Shown: in pieces, positions 1 to 9,316 of the stretch
Numbering within the stretch: the stretch's first letter is position 1
Layout: every line of letters begins with the position of its first letter
Source: Candidatus Multivoradales bacterium
GTDB lineage: Bacteria; Acidobacteriota; Thermoanaerobaculia; Multivoradales; JAHEKO01
Direction: 5' to 3'
Length of the DNA stretch: 64,000 bases
NCBI GenBank assembly: GCA_965223855.1
Contig: CBDCXM010000009.1
Coordinates: 1,344,001-1,408,000 of the forward strand
Translations under genes and position numbers: made by a program
The notes under the pieces: generated by a model
What the model was told of the DNA's origin: nothing
The model's database searches: none
Seen by the model: only the letters and a program-made list of their open reading frames with translations

Positions 1-45
1 TGGCTCGCCCTCGACGCCTGGGGACGCCTGCCGGGAGCGCCGTGA
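1..45 (+). CDS. 3' end of upstream gene, probably phosphatidate cytidylyltransferase (partial)
   Basis: Open frame WLALDAWGRLPGAP* whose TGA overlaps the dxr GTG (GTGA). Identity inferred only from the common cdsA-dxr-rseP synteny. Confidence 0.35.
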   Translation, partial: WLALDAWGRLPGAP

Positions 46-1199
46 TCTCGCTCGCGCTACTCGGCTCGACCGGGTCGATCGGCCGCAGCACCGTGGAAGT
101 GCTGCGGCGATTTCCGGACCGGCTGCGGGTCGTCACCCTGGCGGCGCACGGCAGCGACCTGGATGCGCTGGAGGCACAGGCGCGAGAGTTCGCCCCGTCG
201 CTGGTGGCGGTCCATGACGAGGAGAGCGCCGGCCAACTGGCCGGGCGGCTCCCGGGGGTCAAGGTCGTCGCCGGGCCGGAGGGGGTGATCGAAGCGGCGG
301 TTCATCCGCAGGTGGATCGCGTGGTCGCGGCGATGGTCGGTGCTGCGGGACTGGCGCCGGCGTATGCGGCCGCAGAGGCCGGCAAGGACCTGGCGCTCGC
401 CAACAAGGAGGCGTTGGTGGTCGGCGGCGAGGTCCTCAAGAGGGCCGCCCGGGAGAGCGGCGCGGCGATCGTGCCGATCGACAGTGAGCACGTGGCGCTC
501 CATCAGGCGCTTCGGTGTGGTGAAGCGAGCGAGGTGCGGGGACTGACCCTGACCGCATCGGGGGGGCCGTTTCGTGCCCGCCCGGCGGGGGACTGGAGCG
601 ACATCACTCCCGACGAGGCGCTGGCGCACCCGACCTGGGAGATGGGGCGCAAGATCTCGATCGATTCGGCGACGCTGATGAACAAGGGACTCGAGCTGAT
701 CGAGGCGCATCATCTCTTCGACGTCGCCGCCGACGACATCTCGGTCGTCGTCCATGCCCAGTCGCAGATCCATTCGCTGGTCGAGTTCGTCGACGGCTCC
801 TGGATCGCACAACTGTCGGTCAACGACATGGTCTTCTCGATTCAGTACGCGCTCGCGTTTCCCGAGCGGTGGGCGAACGACTTTCCGCGGCTCGATCTCG
901 GCGCCCTCGGCCGGCTCGACTTCGAACCGCTCGACTCCGATCGCTTCCCGGCCGTGGAACTCGCTCGAACGGCCGCGCGCGCCGGCGGCAGTGCCGGCGC
1001 GGTCCTCAACGCCGCCAACGAGGTCGCGGTGCACGCCTTCCTGGCCGGTGAGCTGCCATATCCGGACATCGTCGGCACGGTTGCGGCCGTGCTCGACACT
1101 CACGAAGTCGCGCCGCTGGAGACTCTCGAGGACGCGCTAGACTGGGACGAATGGGGCCGGCGGCGGGCCCGCGAGCATCTCGCCGCCGCCCGGGCATAG
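42..1199 (+). CDS. dxr: 1-deoxy-D-xylulose-5-phosphate reductoisomerase
   Basis: LGSTGSIG, LANKE, PIDSEH, TASGGPF, HPTWEMGRKISIDSATLMNKGLE, NAANE motifs. Confidence 0.98.
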   Translation: MISLALLGSTGSIGRSTVEVLRRFPDRLRVVTLAAHGSDLDALEAQAREFAPSLVAVHDEESAGQLAGRLPGVKVVAGPEGVIEAAVHPQVDRVVAAMVGAAGLAPAYAAAEAGKDLALANKEALVVGGEVLKRAARESGAAIVPIDSEHVALHQALRCGEASEVRGLTLTASGGPFRARPAGDWSDITPDEALAHPTWEMGRKISIDSATLMNKGLELIEAHHLFDVAADDISVVVHAQSQIHSLVEFVDGSWIAQLSVNDMVFSIQYALAFPERWANDFPRLDLGALGRLDFEPLDSDRFPAVELARTAARAGGSAGAVLNAANEVAVHAFLAGELPYPDIVGTVAAVLDTHEVAPLETLEDALDWDEWGRRRAREHLAAARA

Positions 1200-1294
1200 C
1201 GCTTGCACGCCCGAGGGGACCGGTGGCCCGGAGAGGATCCACCGCTCCCCGCTGTGTCGCCCGCTGAACCGATTTTCCGACGAGACCGGATTTC

Positions 1295-2611
1295 ATGATG
1301 GATCTGCTGACCAACACCGCCGCCTTCATCTTCGCCCTCGGCGTCATCATCTTCGTCCACGAGGCGGGGCATCTGCTGATGGGCAAGGCATTCGACATGC
1401 GCGTTCTCTCGTTCTCGCTCGGTTTCGGCAAGCGTCTCTTCGGCTTCCGCCGGGGCGAGACGGACTACAAGGTGTCGCTCGTCCCGCTGGGCGGGTACGT
1501 CGCCTTCGCCGGCGAGCAGCCGGGCGAAGAGGGGGACGATCCCCGCGACTTCCAGAACCAGCCGCGCTGGCAGCGGATTCTGGTGTTCCTGGCCGGGCCG
1601 GCGATGAACATCGTGCTCGCGATTCTCCTGATCGCCTTCGTCTTCATGGTCGGCGTCCAGGTGTCGGCGCTCCCCGACGTGCCGGCGGTGGTCGGAACGA
1701 TCGTCCCGGGTTCGGCCGCGGAGCAGGCGGGGCTGCAGGTTGGCGACGAGGTGCTGGAGATCGCCGGCGACGAGGTGGAGAACTGGGACGACGTGCAGTT
1801 CGCTCTCGTCACCTCCCCCGACCGCGACGTTCCGGTCACAGTGCGGCGTGCGGGCTCTGCGGTCGATCTCGTGGTGCGGCCGCACAAGGTGCCGAAGTAC
1901 GAGTTCGGCGATGCCGGGGTGCTGCCGAAGATGCTGCCGACGATCAGCTCGGTCGGCAACGACTCACCGGCGGCGGCGGCGGGCTTCCAGCCGGGCGACG
2001 AGGTGCGCGGCGTCGACGGTCGCGGCATCGGTAGCGGCAACGACCTCGTCGAATACATCAGCGCCAGGGCCGGCCAGTCGATCGACGTCGAGGTAGCGAG
2101 AGGCGACGAACTCCTCACGCTGGCGGTCGTGCCGAAGGACGAAGGCGGCAACGGCAGGATCGGTGTCGGTCTCTCCTATTTCCAGCGCTTCCCGCCCGGA
2201 GAGGCCCTCGCCCAGAGCGTCCGCTTCAACTGGCAGATCACGCAGCAGACCTTCCGCGTGCTCGGCAAGATCGTCACCGGCCAGCTGGCGGCCAAGAGCG
2301 CACTTTCGGGCCCGCTCGAGATTGCCGCCATGAGCGGTGCCGCGGTGAGGGCGAGCTTCGTCAGTCTGCTTCAGCTCATGGGGCTGATCAGCATCTCGAT
2401 CGCGATCCTCAATCTGCTCCCGATCCCGGTGCTCGACGGCGGCCAGATCGTGATCCTCCTGATCGAGTCGCTGAGGCGCAAGGACCTGTCCCTGAGGGTC
2501 AAGGAACGGATCCAGCAGGTCGGCTTCGTGCTGATCCTCATGCTGATGGGTCTGGTGCTATATTTTGACGTCGTCAAGAACATCCCGTCCGGGCTCTTCT
2601 CGGGCTCGTAA
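1295..2611 (+). CDS. rseP: RIP zinc metalloprotease RseP with two PDZ domains
   Basis: HEAGH, PLGGYV, AGPAMN, NLLPIPVLDGG; follows dxr. Confidence 0.97.
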   Translation: MMDLLTNTAAFIFALGVIIFVHEAGHLLMGKAFDMRVLSFSLGFGKRLFGFRRGETDYKVSLVPLGGYVAFAGEQPGEEGDDPRDFQNQPRWQRILVFLAGPAMNIVLAILLIAFVFMVGVQVSALPDVPAVVGTIVPGSAAEQAGLQVGDEVLEIAGDEVENWDDVQFALVTSPDRDVPVTVRRAGSAVDLVVRPHKVPKYEFGDAGVLPKMLPTISSVGNDSPAAAAGFQPGDEVRGVDGRGIGSGNDLVEYISARAGQSIDVEVARGDELLTLAVVPKDEGGNGRIGVGLSYFQRFPPGEALAQSVRFNWQITQQTFRVLGKIVTGQLAAKSALSGPLEIAAMSGAAVRASFVSLLQLMGLISISIAILNLLPIPVLDGGQIVILLIESLRRKDLSLRVKERIQQVGFVLILMLMGLVLYFDVVKNIPSGLFSGS

Positions 2612-2632
2612 ATCGCAGCGCAGGGGGCAGGT

Positions 2633-3155
2633 ATGGCTCGAGCTTTGGCCGTCGGAGACGAGGCTCCGAACTTCGATCTCACATCGACCGAGGACGTCGT
2701 GCTGATGCTGCGCGACGAGGTGGCACGCACGGCGGTGGTGCTCTATTTCTTTGCCGACGTCGAGGGAGATCGGGTGCGCGACGATCTGCTCGCCTTCGCC
2801 AGGAGCTGGGAAGACCTGGTGACGGCCGACACCCGGGTGCTCGGCGTCTCGCCGGCCAAGCTTCCCGCGCTCAAGGAGTTGCAGAAGGAGCTGCATCTGC
2901 CGTTCCCGCTGCTGACCGACGATCGCGGCTTCTCGGCCTCCTACGGTCTGGAGCCGGCACAGGACGATGCAGGCGCCCGAGCCGGTGCTCGCCGTGGTCG
3001 ATCGGCGGCAGGAGCTGCTGGCACTCGATCGTCTGCACGGCTCCGTGGCGGACGCGCTCGGCGACCTGATGAAGGTGATCAAGGGGCTGCCGTCGCCTTC
3101 TGCCGGTCTCCCCCGCAAGGTGGTCAACCGGCTGGTCGATCGCTGGGTCAACTGA
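2633..3155 (+). pseudogene. BCP/peroxiredoxin-like thioredoxin-fold protein, frameshifted near 2960 and lacking the peroxidatic Cys
   Basis: VGDEAPNFDL..VVLYFF..VLGVS..LPFPLLTD in the frame from 2633. The C-terminal half (PVLAVVDRRQELL...VN*) lies in the +1 frame ending at 3155. Confidence 0.7.
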
Positions 3156-3242
3156 AGCAGTTCGGTTGCGTCGGGCGCCGGAGCCGATACCGGTCCCGCG
3201 GGCAGGGCCGCGGCCCTCTCCGAAGCGGGTAGACTGCGCAGC

Positions 3243-3995
3243 GTGAAACGGCGTCTCTTGAGGTGGTTGGGATGGTGCGCCTACGGCGTGGCGATGCTGG
3301 TGCTCTTCGCCGGCGCCGGCTATCTGTCGTTCAGCCGTTTCGTGCGCAGCGGCGGCACCGAGGTGCCGGACCTCGTCGGTCGCTCCGAGGCTCAGCTCGA
3401 CGCGGTGACCGCCGGCCAGGGGCTCGAATGGGAGCTGCGCACCGGTAGCGGCCGCTACGACGAGCTCATTCCGGCCGGGCACGTCCTGACCCAGCGCCCG
3501 CCGGCCGGCAGCCTCGTCAAACGCGGGGCGACGGTGAAGGTCGAGCTGTCGCTCGGCCCGCAGAGGATGCGAGTGCCCGACGTTCGCGGCAGGGCGCTGC
3601 AGGCGGCTCAGGTCACGCTCGCGGCGGCCGGCCTCGGAGTCGGCAGGACGCTCGGCATCCACACCTTCGAGACCAAGGCGGGCACGGTGCACGAGCAGAA
3701 CCCTCCAGCCGACGACAGGGTCGGCATGGCGGGGGAGGTCGATCTCTATCTGTCGACGTCGAGTCGCGGCGCCACCTTCCTGATGCCCGACCTGGTCTAT
3801 CGCGACTACGAGACGGTGCGCGCCTTCTTCGAGCGCCGCGGATTCCGGCTGGGGAGCGTGAAGTTCGAACCGTACGAGAGCCTGGAGAGCGGTATCGTCC
3901 TGCGCCAGTTCCCGCTGGCCGGGCATCCGCTCCGTCGGCAGGACGTCATCTCGCTGGTGGTGGTGAGTCCACCGGTGGACGGGAGGCGCGGTTGA
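3243..3995 (+). CDS. PASTA domain-containing membrane protein (3 PASTA repeats)
   Basis: N-terminal TM; VPDLVG, VPDVRG, MPDLV repeats with Q-x-P motifs; precedes rpe. Confidence 0.9.
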   Translation: MKRRLLRWLGWCAYGVAMLVLFAGAGYLSFSRFVRSGGTEVPDLVGRSEAQLDAVTAGQGLEWELRTGSGRYDELIPAGHVLTQRPPAGSLVKRGATVKVELSLGPQRMRVPDVRGRALQAAQVTLAAAGLGVGRTLGIHTFETKAGTVHEQNPPADDRVGMAGEVDLYLSTSSRGATFLMPDLVYRDYETVRAFFERRGFRLGSVKFEPYESLESGIVLRQFPLAGHPLRRQDVISLVVVSPPVDGRRG

Positions 3996-4654
3996 AGATC
4001 GCACCGTCCATCCTGGCGGCCGATCTCGCAGATCTGGTGTCCGCTCTGGAGGTCTGCGACGAAGGCGGCGCGGACTACGTTCACGTCGATGTGATGGACG
4101 GGCACTTCGTGCCGAACCTGACCTTCGGCGCTCCGGTCGCTCAGGCGCTGGCGCGCCACACTGGCGTGCCTCTCGACATCCATCTGATGGTGTCGAACCC
4201 GGGTGCTCTGCTCGACGACTATCTGGCGGCGCAGCCGGCCATGGTGTCGGTCCACTGGGAGGCGGCAACTCATCTCGATCGACTGCTGGAGCGGATCCGC
4301 GCCGGCGGTGCCCAGGCCGGTGTCGTTCTGAACCCGGCGACGCCGGTCGAGCTGTTGGCAGACATCTTGCCTGCAATCGACTTCGTGTTGCTGATGTCCG
4401 TCAATCCCGGATTCGCCGGCCAGGCGTTCGTCCCGTACGTGCTCGACAAGGCGAAGCGCCTGCGCAAGCTCGCCTTGGAGGCGGGGCGCGAGCTGGTGAT
4501 CGAGATCGACGGCGGCGTCAAGCGAGGCAATATCCGGGAGGTGGCCCGAGCCGGTATCGACATCGCCGTGGCCGGATCGGCGATCTTCGCCGCCGGCGAT
4601 CCCGTGGCGGAGATCGGTCACCTGCGCCGGGCGGCACGCGGGGAGGATTCGTGA
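3992..4654 (+). CDS. rpe: ribulose-phosphate 3-epimerase
   Basis: IAPSILAAD, HVDVMDGHFVPNLTFG, MSVNPGF, IDGG. Confidence 0.98.
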   Translation: MKIAPSILAADLADLVSALEVCDEGGADYVHVDVMDGHFVPNLTFGAPVAQALARHTGVPLDIHLMVSNPGALLDDYLAAQPAMVSVHWEAATHLDRLLERIRAGGAQAGVVLNPATPVELLADILPAIDFVLLMSVNPGFAGQAFVPYVLDKAKRLRKLALEAGRELVIEIDGGVKRGNIREVARAGIDIAVAGSAIFAAGDPVAEIGHLRRAARGEDS

Positions 4655-5427
4655 TGCGAGAGTCGATTCGCTTCGGTATCGGGCGACTGCTGATGTTGGC
4701 CACTTGCCTTTCTCTGGCGGTGGCATGCGGAGGGGGCGGTCGGGAGGACCCGATCCTGAGGCTCTCCTCCGAGGAGGCGTTCACCGAAGGGCAGCGCCTG
4801 ATGGCGGACGAGAAGTATCTCCAGGCGCGCGAACACTTCGCACACGCCTTTCAGACCGCACCCAACTCGGAAGTCGGGCGCGACGCTCTGCTGTTGCAGG
4901 CCGACGCCTTCTTTCTCGAAGGGGGCGAGGTGAACCTCGTGCGGGCAGAGGCCAAGTACCGCGACTTCAACAACCGCTATCCGATCAGCGACAAAGCGGC
5001 GTACGTGCAGCACCAGGTGGCGAAGAGTCTGGCGCTGAGGATGCGCAAGGCCGATCGCGATCAGTCGGAGACCCGCGATGCGATCGCAGCGTTCGAGGAG
5101 TTGATCAGCCTCTATCCGACGAGCGAGCACGTCGCCGGAGCGGAGGAGGAGATCGCTCGCCTGCGCTCCAACCTGGCACGCCACGAATACCTGGTGGCGC
5201 GCTACCAGCTGCGGCGTGGGCTGGCGGGCGCTGCCAAGGCCCGCCTCACGGGCCTGCTCGAGGAGTACCCTGACTACGAGGATCTCGATCTCGCCCTCTG
5301 GAGCCTCGGCCTCGCCCATCACAAGCTCGACGAGGCCGACGAGGCGGCAACCGTGTTTGCCCGGCTGCGCGCCGAGCACCCTGAGAGCGAATACCTGAGC
5401 AAGATCCCCTCGGAGTACCGAGGATGA
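4651..5427 (+). CDS. bamD: outer membrane protein assembly lipoprotein BamD
   Basis: Lipobox LAVAC, TPR helices, DRDQSET motif, LARHEYLVARY. Confidence 0.9.
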   Translation: MMRESIRFGIGRLLMLATCLSLAVACGGGGREDPILRLSSEEAFTEGQRLMADEKYLQAREHFAHAFQTAPNSEVGRDALLLQADAFFLEGGEVNLVRAEAKYRDFNNRYPISDKAAYVQHQVAKSLALRMRKADRDQSETRDAIAAFEELISLYPTSEHVAGAEEEIARLRSNLARHEYLVARYQLRRGLAGAAKARLTGLLEEYPDYEDLDLALWSLGLAHHKLDEADEAATVFARLRAEHPESEYLSKIPSEYRG

Positions 5428-6332
5428 GGGGTGTGCGGGCACTGTCGTCGGTCGTGCTCGCGAGCACGCTGCTCGGCGGCTGCTCGTCGCTGCCGTTGCG
5501 CTCGGAGCGTGACTCCACGCCACCGGAGAGGACGGCGCCGCGGGAGTCTGAACTCGAGACGAGGGTGCTCGAACTGCGACGGCAGGCCGCCATGGCGGAG
5601 GCGGAGATCCGCATGCTCCGCCGGCAGCTCGCAGCCCTGACGGTCGAGGTGGAGCGGCTGGCTGCAGGAGAGCGGGAGACCGCCGCTCGCGGCACCTCGC
5701 CCGCCCCGTTCTCCGGTCGCGCGGACGAGGTGGAACAGCGCGGCTCCCTCCCGGCCATCGAACAGTCCGACCTCGATCCGGTCCCGGCCACGCCGCCCGA
5801 CTACGCGACGCCGGAGGCTCAGGTGGTCGACGTGGGGCCCGATACGCCCGGCCAGGGTACCGCCGCCGCGAGAGAGCAGGACCCGGAATCCTGGGTCGCC
5901 GTCACCCCGGAAGACGCCGCGCCTGCTTCCCCTCCCAGGGCGTCCGCCCCGGTGTCGATGGCGGGCCAGTCGGTCTACGACCGTGGCTACACCCTCTACC
6001 ATCAGGGGCGCTACGAGGACGCCGAGAAGAGCTTCGAGCGTTTTCTGGCCGAGCACGGCAACACCGACCTCGCCGACAACGCCCAGTTCTGGATCGGCGA
6101 GAGCCGATTCGCGCGGCAGGACTACAGCGGAGCGCGGCTGGCGTTTCAGGAGGTTCTCGACCGCTACCCCGAGGGCAACAAGGGTGCCGACGCGGTTTTC
6201 AAGCTCGGCGAATGCCTGCTGCGGCTGGGGGACCCGGCGGCGGCCCGGCGTCAGTTCGAGGAGGTGCTGACCCGGTACCCCGGTTCGGCTGCTTCGGTGA
6301 TGGCGGAGGAGCGGCTCGCCGAGCTTCGTTGA
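5424..6332 (+). CDS. cpoB: CpoB/YbgF-like tol-pal associated TPR lipoprotein
   Basis: Lipobox LLGGC, coiled coil, C-terminal LADNAQFWIGE...YPEGNKGADA..KLG. Confidence 0.85.
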   Translation: MRGVRALSSVVLASTLLGGCSSLPLRSERDSTPPERTAPRESELETRVLELRRQAAMAEAEIRMLRRQLAALTVEVERLAAGERETAARGTSPAPFSGRADEVEQRGSLPAIEQSDLDPVPATPPDYATPEAQVVDVGPDTPGQGTAAAREQDPESWVAVTPEDAAPASPPRASAPVSMAGQSVYDRGYTLYHQGRYEDAEKSFERFLAEHGNTDLADNAQFWIGESRFARQDYSGARLAFQEVLDRYPEGNKGADAVFKLGECLLRLGDPAAARRQFEEVLTRYPGSAASVMAEERLAELR

Positions 6333-6411
6333 GGCCGGGTGGTCGTCTGGCGCGCGACGGGCGCCTCGGGTCAATCCTTCAAGCTTCACTTGAGGGGTTG
6401 CTGCCTAAAGC

Positions 6412-6440
6412 TTGACTCCGAAAGGGTTGGGTTGTACCTT
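6412..6440 (+). promoter_or_regulatory. sigma70-type promoter for the LysM gene
   Basis: TTGACT-N17-TACCTT; a second TTGCAC-N18-TACGTT ends 6 nt before the ATG. Confidence 0.55.
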
Positions 6441-6474
6441 GCACGCCTCAACCTTGGTGTAGTACGTTGCGATC

Positions 6475-7623
6475 ATGAACCGTAGTGCGTTGTCCCTCGT
6501 CCTGGCGATCGGGGTCGGCTTCGCGGCTCTGCCCGCGGTCGCCCATCAGCCGCCGACTCAACTCCACCTCGTGGGGGATCACTGGACCGCATGGGACCCT
6601 CCGACCACCTTTCCGGAGGGCGCGGAGGTCTACACCATCGTCCGTGGCGACACCCTGTGGGATCTGGCCGCCCGTTTCTACGGCGATCCGTATCTCTGGC
6701 CGCAGCTCTGGGAGCGGAACCAGTACATCAAGGATGCCCACTGGATCTACCCCGGGGACCCGCTCGTCGTCGGCTTCGAGGTGACTCCGCTCGACAACCT
6801 CGCCAACCTTCAGGACGGCGAGCCGGAGGAGGAAGACGATGGGTTCGACCGTTCGATCGGCGCTCCGGAGGCGCTCGGTTACGAAGCGGACCTCTATTGC
6901 TCCGGCTTCATCGGCTCGCCCGACCGGACGTTCTCGCACACGATTCTCGGCTCCGAGTACCAGAACCTCGGTCCCACTCTGACTCGCGAGCGTCAGCGGC
7001 GCCGCAGGGGTGATGCTGCCAGGGCGCCGACCGCCAAGGTCGGGCTGACGGCTGGCGACATCATCTATCTCGACGGCGGCGCCGATTCCGGGCTCGAGCC
7101 GGGCGACGAGTTCGTCGCCATGACGGATCGGGGACGAATCGATCATCCGATCACCGGAGACCGTCTCGGTGTCTTCTACCAGTACCAGGGGCGCGTGCGC
7201 GTGCTCTCGGTGCAGGAGGACACGGCGATCGCGGAGGTTTCCTACAGTTGCCGGCCGATGGAGATCGGCAGTCGCCTCGAGCGCTTCGTCCCGGAGCCGA
7301 TTCCGCTCCGGCGTCGCACCGCACTGAGGGCCGTGAACGATCCGGTGTCGCGTGAGACGCTCGACGGCGCCCCCGTCATCGTCCACACGAACGACCAGGT
7401 GGTGACCCTCGGTCAGAACAGCGTCGTCTTCATCGATCGCGGTGAGGGCGACGACATCGCACCCGGGGATCTCTTCACCATCTACCGGCTCGGTCCCGAC
7501 GGCGTTCCGCCGATGGTACTGGGGGAGCTGGCCGTGCTCTCGGTGCACGAGAACTCGTCGGTCGCCCGCATTCTCGAGTCGCGGTACGCCGTTTATATCG
7601 GCGATCTTCTCGACCTCAAGTAG
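6475..7623 (+). CDS. LysM peptidoglycan-binding protein (TsaP-like architecture)
   Basis: Signal peptide, YTIVRGDTLWDLA...WPQLWERN..IKDAHWIYPGD, then two beta-rich C-terminal domains. Confidence 0.88.
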   Translation: MNRSALSLVLAIGVGFAALPAVAHQPPTQLHLVGDHWTAWDPPTTFPEGAEVYTIVRGDTLWDLAARFYGDPYLWPQLWERNQYIKDAHWIYPGDPLVVGFEVTPLDNLANLQDGEPEEEDDGFDRSIGAPEALGYEADLYCSGFIGSPDRTFSHTILGSEYQNLGPTLTRERQRRRRGDAARAPTAKVGLTAGDIIYLDGGADSGLEPGDEFVAMTDRGRIDHPITGDRLGVFYQYQGRVRVLSVQEDTAIAEVSYSCRPMEIGSRLERFVPEPIPLRRRTALRAVNDPVSRETLDGAPVIVHTNDQVVTLGQNSVVFIDRGEGDDIAPGDLFTIYRLGPDGVPPMVLGELAVLSVHENSSVARILESRYAVYIGDLLDLK

Positions 7624-7709
7624 CCTTCCCGGAGGCTCCCGAAGCGGGTCCTGAGGGCCCGAAAACCGTGTGGTACGCTGCGCGCCTCACGGACGAGCAG
7701 GGAGCGGGG

Positions 7710-7982
7710 ATGCGGAGGAATCTGAACGGCGAGCTGCAGAGCCTCGTCAGCGAGCTGGTGGACCGGGGGCTGACCCTCGGGCAGGCACGCAAGGAGTTCG
7801 AGCGGCAGTTCATCGTCGCGGCGCTCAAGACCCACCGGGGCAACATGACCGGCTCGGCGCGGTCGCTCGGGATTCACCGCAACACCTTGCGCAACAAGGT
7901 CGGGGAGCTCGGGATCGACGCTGCCGATTTCGCCGCGCGCAAGCCGGGCGCGAAGCGGGCACCGTCCCCCGCCGACGGGTGA
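7710..7982 (+). CDS. small Fis-family HTH DNA-binding protein
   Basis: FERQFIVAALKTHRGNMTGSARSLGIHRNTLRNK HTH_8 motif; GGAG upstream of the ATG at 7710. Confidence 0.85.
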   Translation: MRRNLNGELQSLVSELVDRGLTLGQARKEFERQFIVAALKTHRGNMTGSARSLGIHRNTLRNKVGELGIDAADFAARKPGAKRAPSPADG

Positions 7983-8173
7983 CAACCGGCCTCTGACCGG
8001 CTCGAAGCCGGCTCCGGGCGCTCTCGTCACGCCTCTCGGAGTTCCCCCGGGACCTCTCCTTGCAGGGGGGTTGCGCCCCGGCCTGTGGTATACTTCGCAC
8101 TGCGACCGGTTCTGGTCGCGAACTTCCATTCCAATTCCGAGGATTGTAGAGGGGACTCTCCGTAGTTCTGCCC

Positions 8174-8914
8174 ATGGAACCTCGCATTCGATTCAGCAGA
8201 TGGAGCCTCGTCCTGGCGACGGGCTTCTTCCTCGTGGCGCTTTTCGATTCGCCGCCGTCGGATCCTGCGATCCCGGTGGATCGCCCCGACGCGCCCACCG
8301 ACGCGCAGTTGGAGGCTCTGACCGAGCTTTCGGAGTGGGTGCTCGGCGGCTCGGCGGCGCCGATGTTCGAATCGATGAAGGATCGGTCGTTCCCGTCCAC
8401 CGGCGAGCCGTCGGGCGAAGAGAACGAGGTGGCCTTCGAGCTCTTCCGCCGCTACCACGGCCGGGAAGCGGGCGTGTCGGCCGTCGAGCGCAGGCCGTTC
8501 GGCCGGCTGATCGTCGCGATGGCGGAGCGCTACTCGGTGGATCCGCTGCTGGTGGCCGCGGTGATGGAAGTGGAGTCGGGCTTCGACCCCAATGCCGTAT
8601 CGGCGATGGGTGCGATCGGCCTCATGCAGGTCCTGCCGACGACGGTGGAGCTCTACAGCGACGAGGATCCGTTCGAGCCTGCCGTCAATGTCAGGGTCGG
8701 CGTGCGCTACCTGCGAGCGCTACTCGACCAGTTCGACGGTGACGTGACGCTCGCACTCGCGGCCTATAACGCGGGCCCCGGCAACGTGCTCAAGCACGAG
8801 GGCGTGCCGCCGTTCCGCGAGACCCGGAACTACGTCGAGCGGGTGTTGAGCCTCTACGTCGACCAGCACCAGGCGATCTGGCAGCAGTCGGAAGACCGCC
8901 GCTGGTTTCTCTAG
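8174..8914 (+). CDS. lytic transglycosylase (SLT domain)
   Basis: AVMEVESGFDPNAVS..GAIGLMQV, ALAAYNAGPG, PPFRETRNYV. Confidence 0.93.
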   Translation: MEPRIRFSRWSLVLATGFFLVALFDSPPSDPAIPVDRPDAPTDAQLEALTELSEWVLGGSAAPMFESMKDRSFPSTGEPSGEENEVAFELFRRYHGREAGVSAVERRPFGRLIVAMAERYSVDPLLVAAVMEVESGFDPNAVSAMGAIGLMQVLPTTVELYSDEDPFEPAVNVRVGVRYLRALLDQFDGDVTLALAAYNAGPGNVLKHEGVPPFRETRNYVERVLSLYVDQHQAIWQQSEDRRWFL

Positions 8915-8926
8915 CAGGCTGAGGTG

Positions 8927-8943
8927 GCCCCCCTGCGGGGGGC
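8927..8943. terminator. GC hairpin between convergent slt and tatA
   Basis: GCCCCCC-TGC-GGGGGGC; no U-tract. Confidence 0.35.
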
Positions 8944-8959
8944 ACCCGAAGGAGCCGGC

Positions 8960-9130
8960 TCAGGCTTCCTTGTCGGCGGGCTCGGGCTCGGCCTCGTCCC
9001 CTTTGAGGCCGCTGCGGAAGTTGCGAATGCCTTCTCCGAGCCCCTTGCCCAGTTTCGGCAGCTTGGCCGCGCCGAAAAGCACGAGCACGATGAGGAAGAT
9101 GATCAGCAGTTCCTGGAATCCGAACGACAT
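8960..9130 (-). CDS. tatA: twin-arginine translocase TatA/TatE subunit (56 aa, absent from the ORF track)
   Basis: Manual translation [56 protein letters not shown]; GGAGG RBS; TGC-TACACT -10 upstream. Confidence 0.95.
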   Translation of the reverse strand: MSFGFQELLIIFLIVLVLFGAAKLPKLGKGLGEGIRNFRSGLKGDEAEPEPADKEA

Positions 9131-9197
9131 GGGTGTGCCTCCAGGGGGAGTGTAGCAGGACGAAGCGCTTCGAAGCTTGCGCGCGATCTGTCGATTC

Positions 9198-9270
9198 AGG
9201 GGTACGAGTGCCTTTCCCTACCCGGCCTCACCCGACCATACCCCGGATAGGGAAAGGCACTCGTACCCCT
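9198..9270. repeat. perfect 23-bp inverted repeat (REP/MITE-like hairpin)
   Basis: AGGGGTACGAGTGCCTTTCCCTA (9198-9220) pairs with TAGGGAAAGGCACTCGTACCCCT (9248-9270); 27-nt spacer. Confidence 0.9.
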
Positions 9271-9316
9271 TGACGGTTCGGGGAGCTGCAGCTTCTCCAG
9301 GCGTAGGAGGAGAGGG

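Noticed and set aside
2633-3232. 199-aa ORF taken as the intact peroxiredoxin product
   Set aside because: The tail after about 2960 is Arg/Gly-rich junk; the thioredoxin-fold sequence continues in the +1 frame.
9198-9270. Possible CRISPR repeat or tRNA
   Set aside because: The repeat is inverted rather than direct, is a single unit, has no cas genes nearby and forms no cloverleaf.
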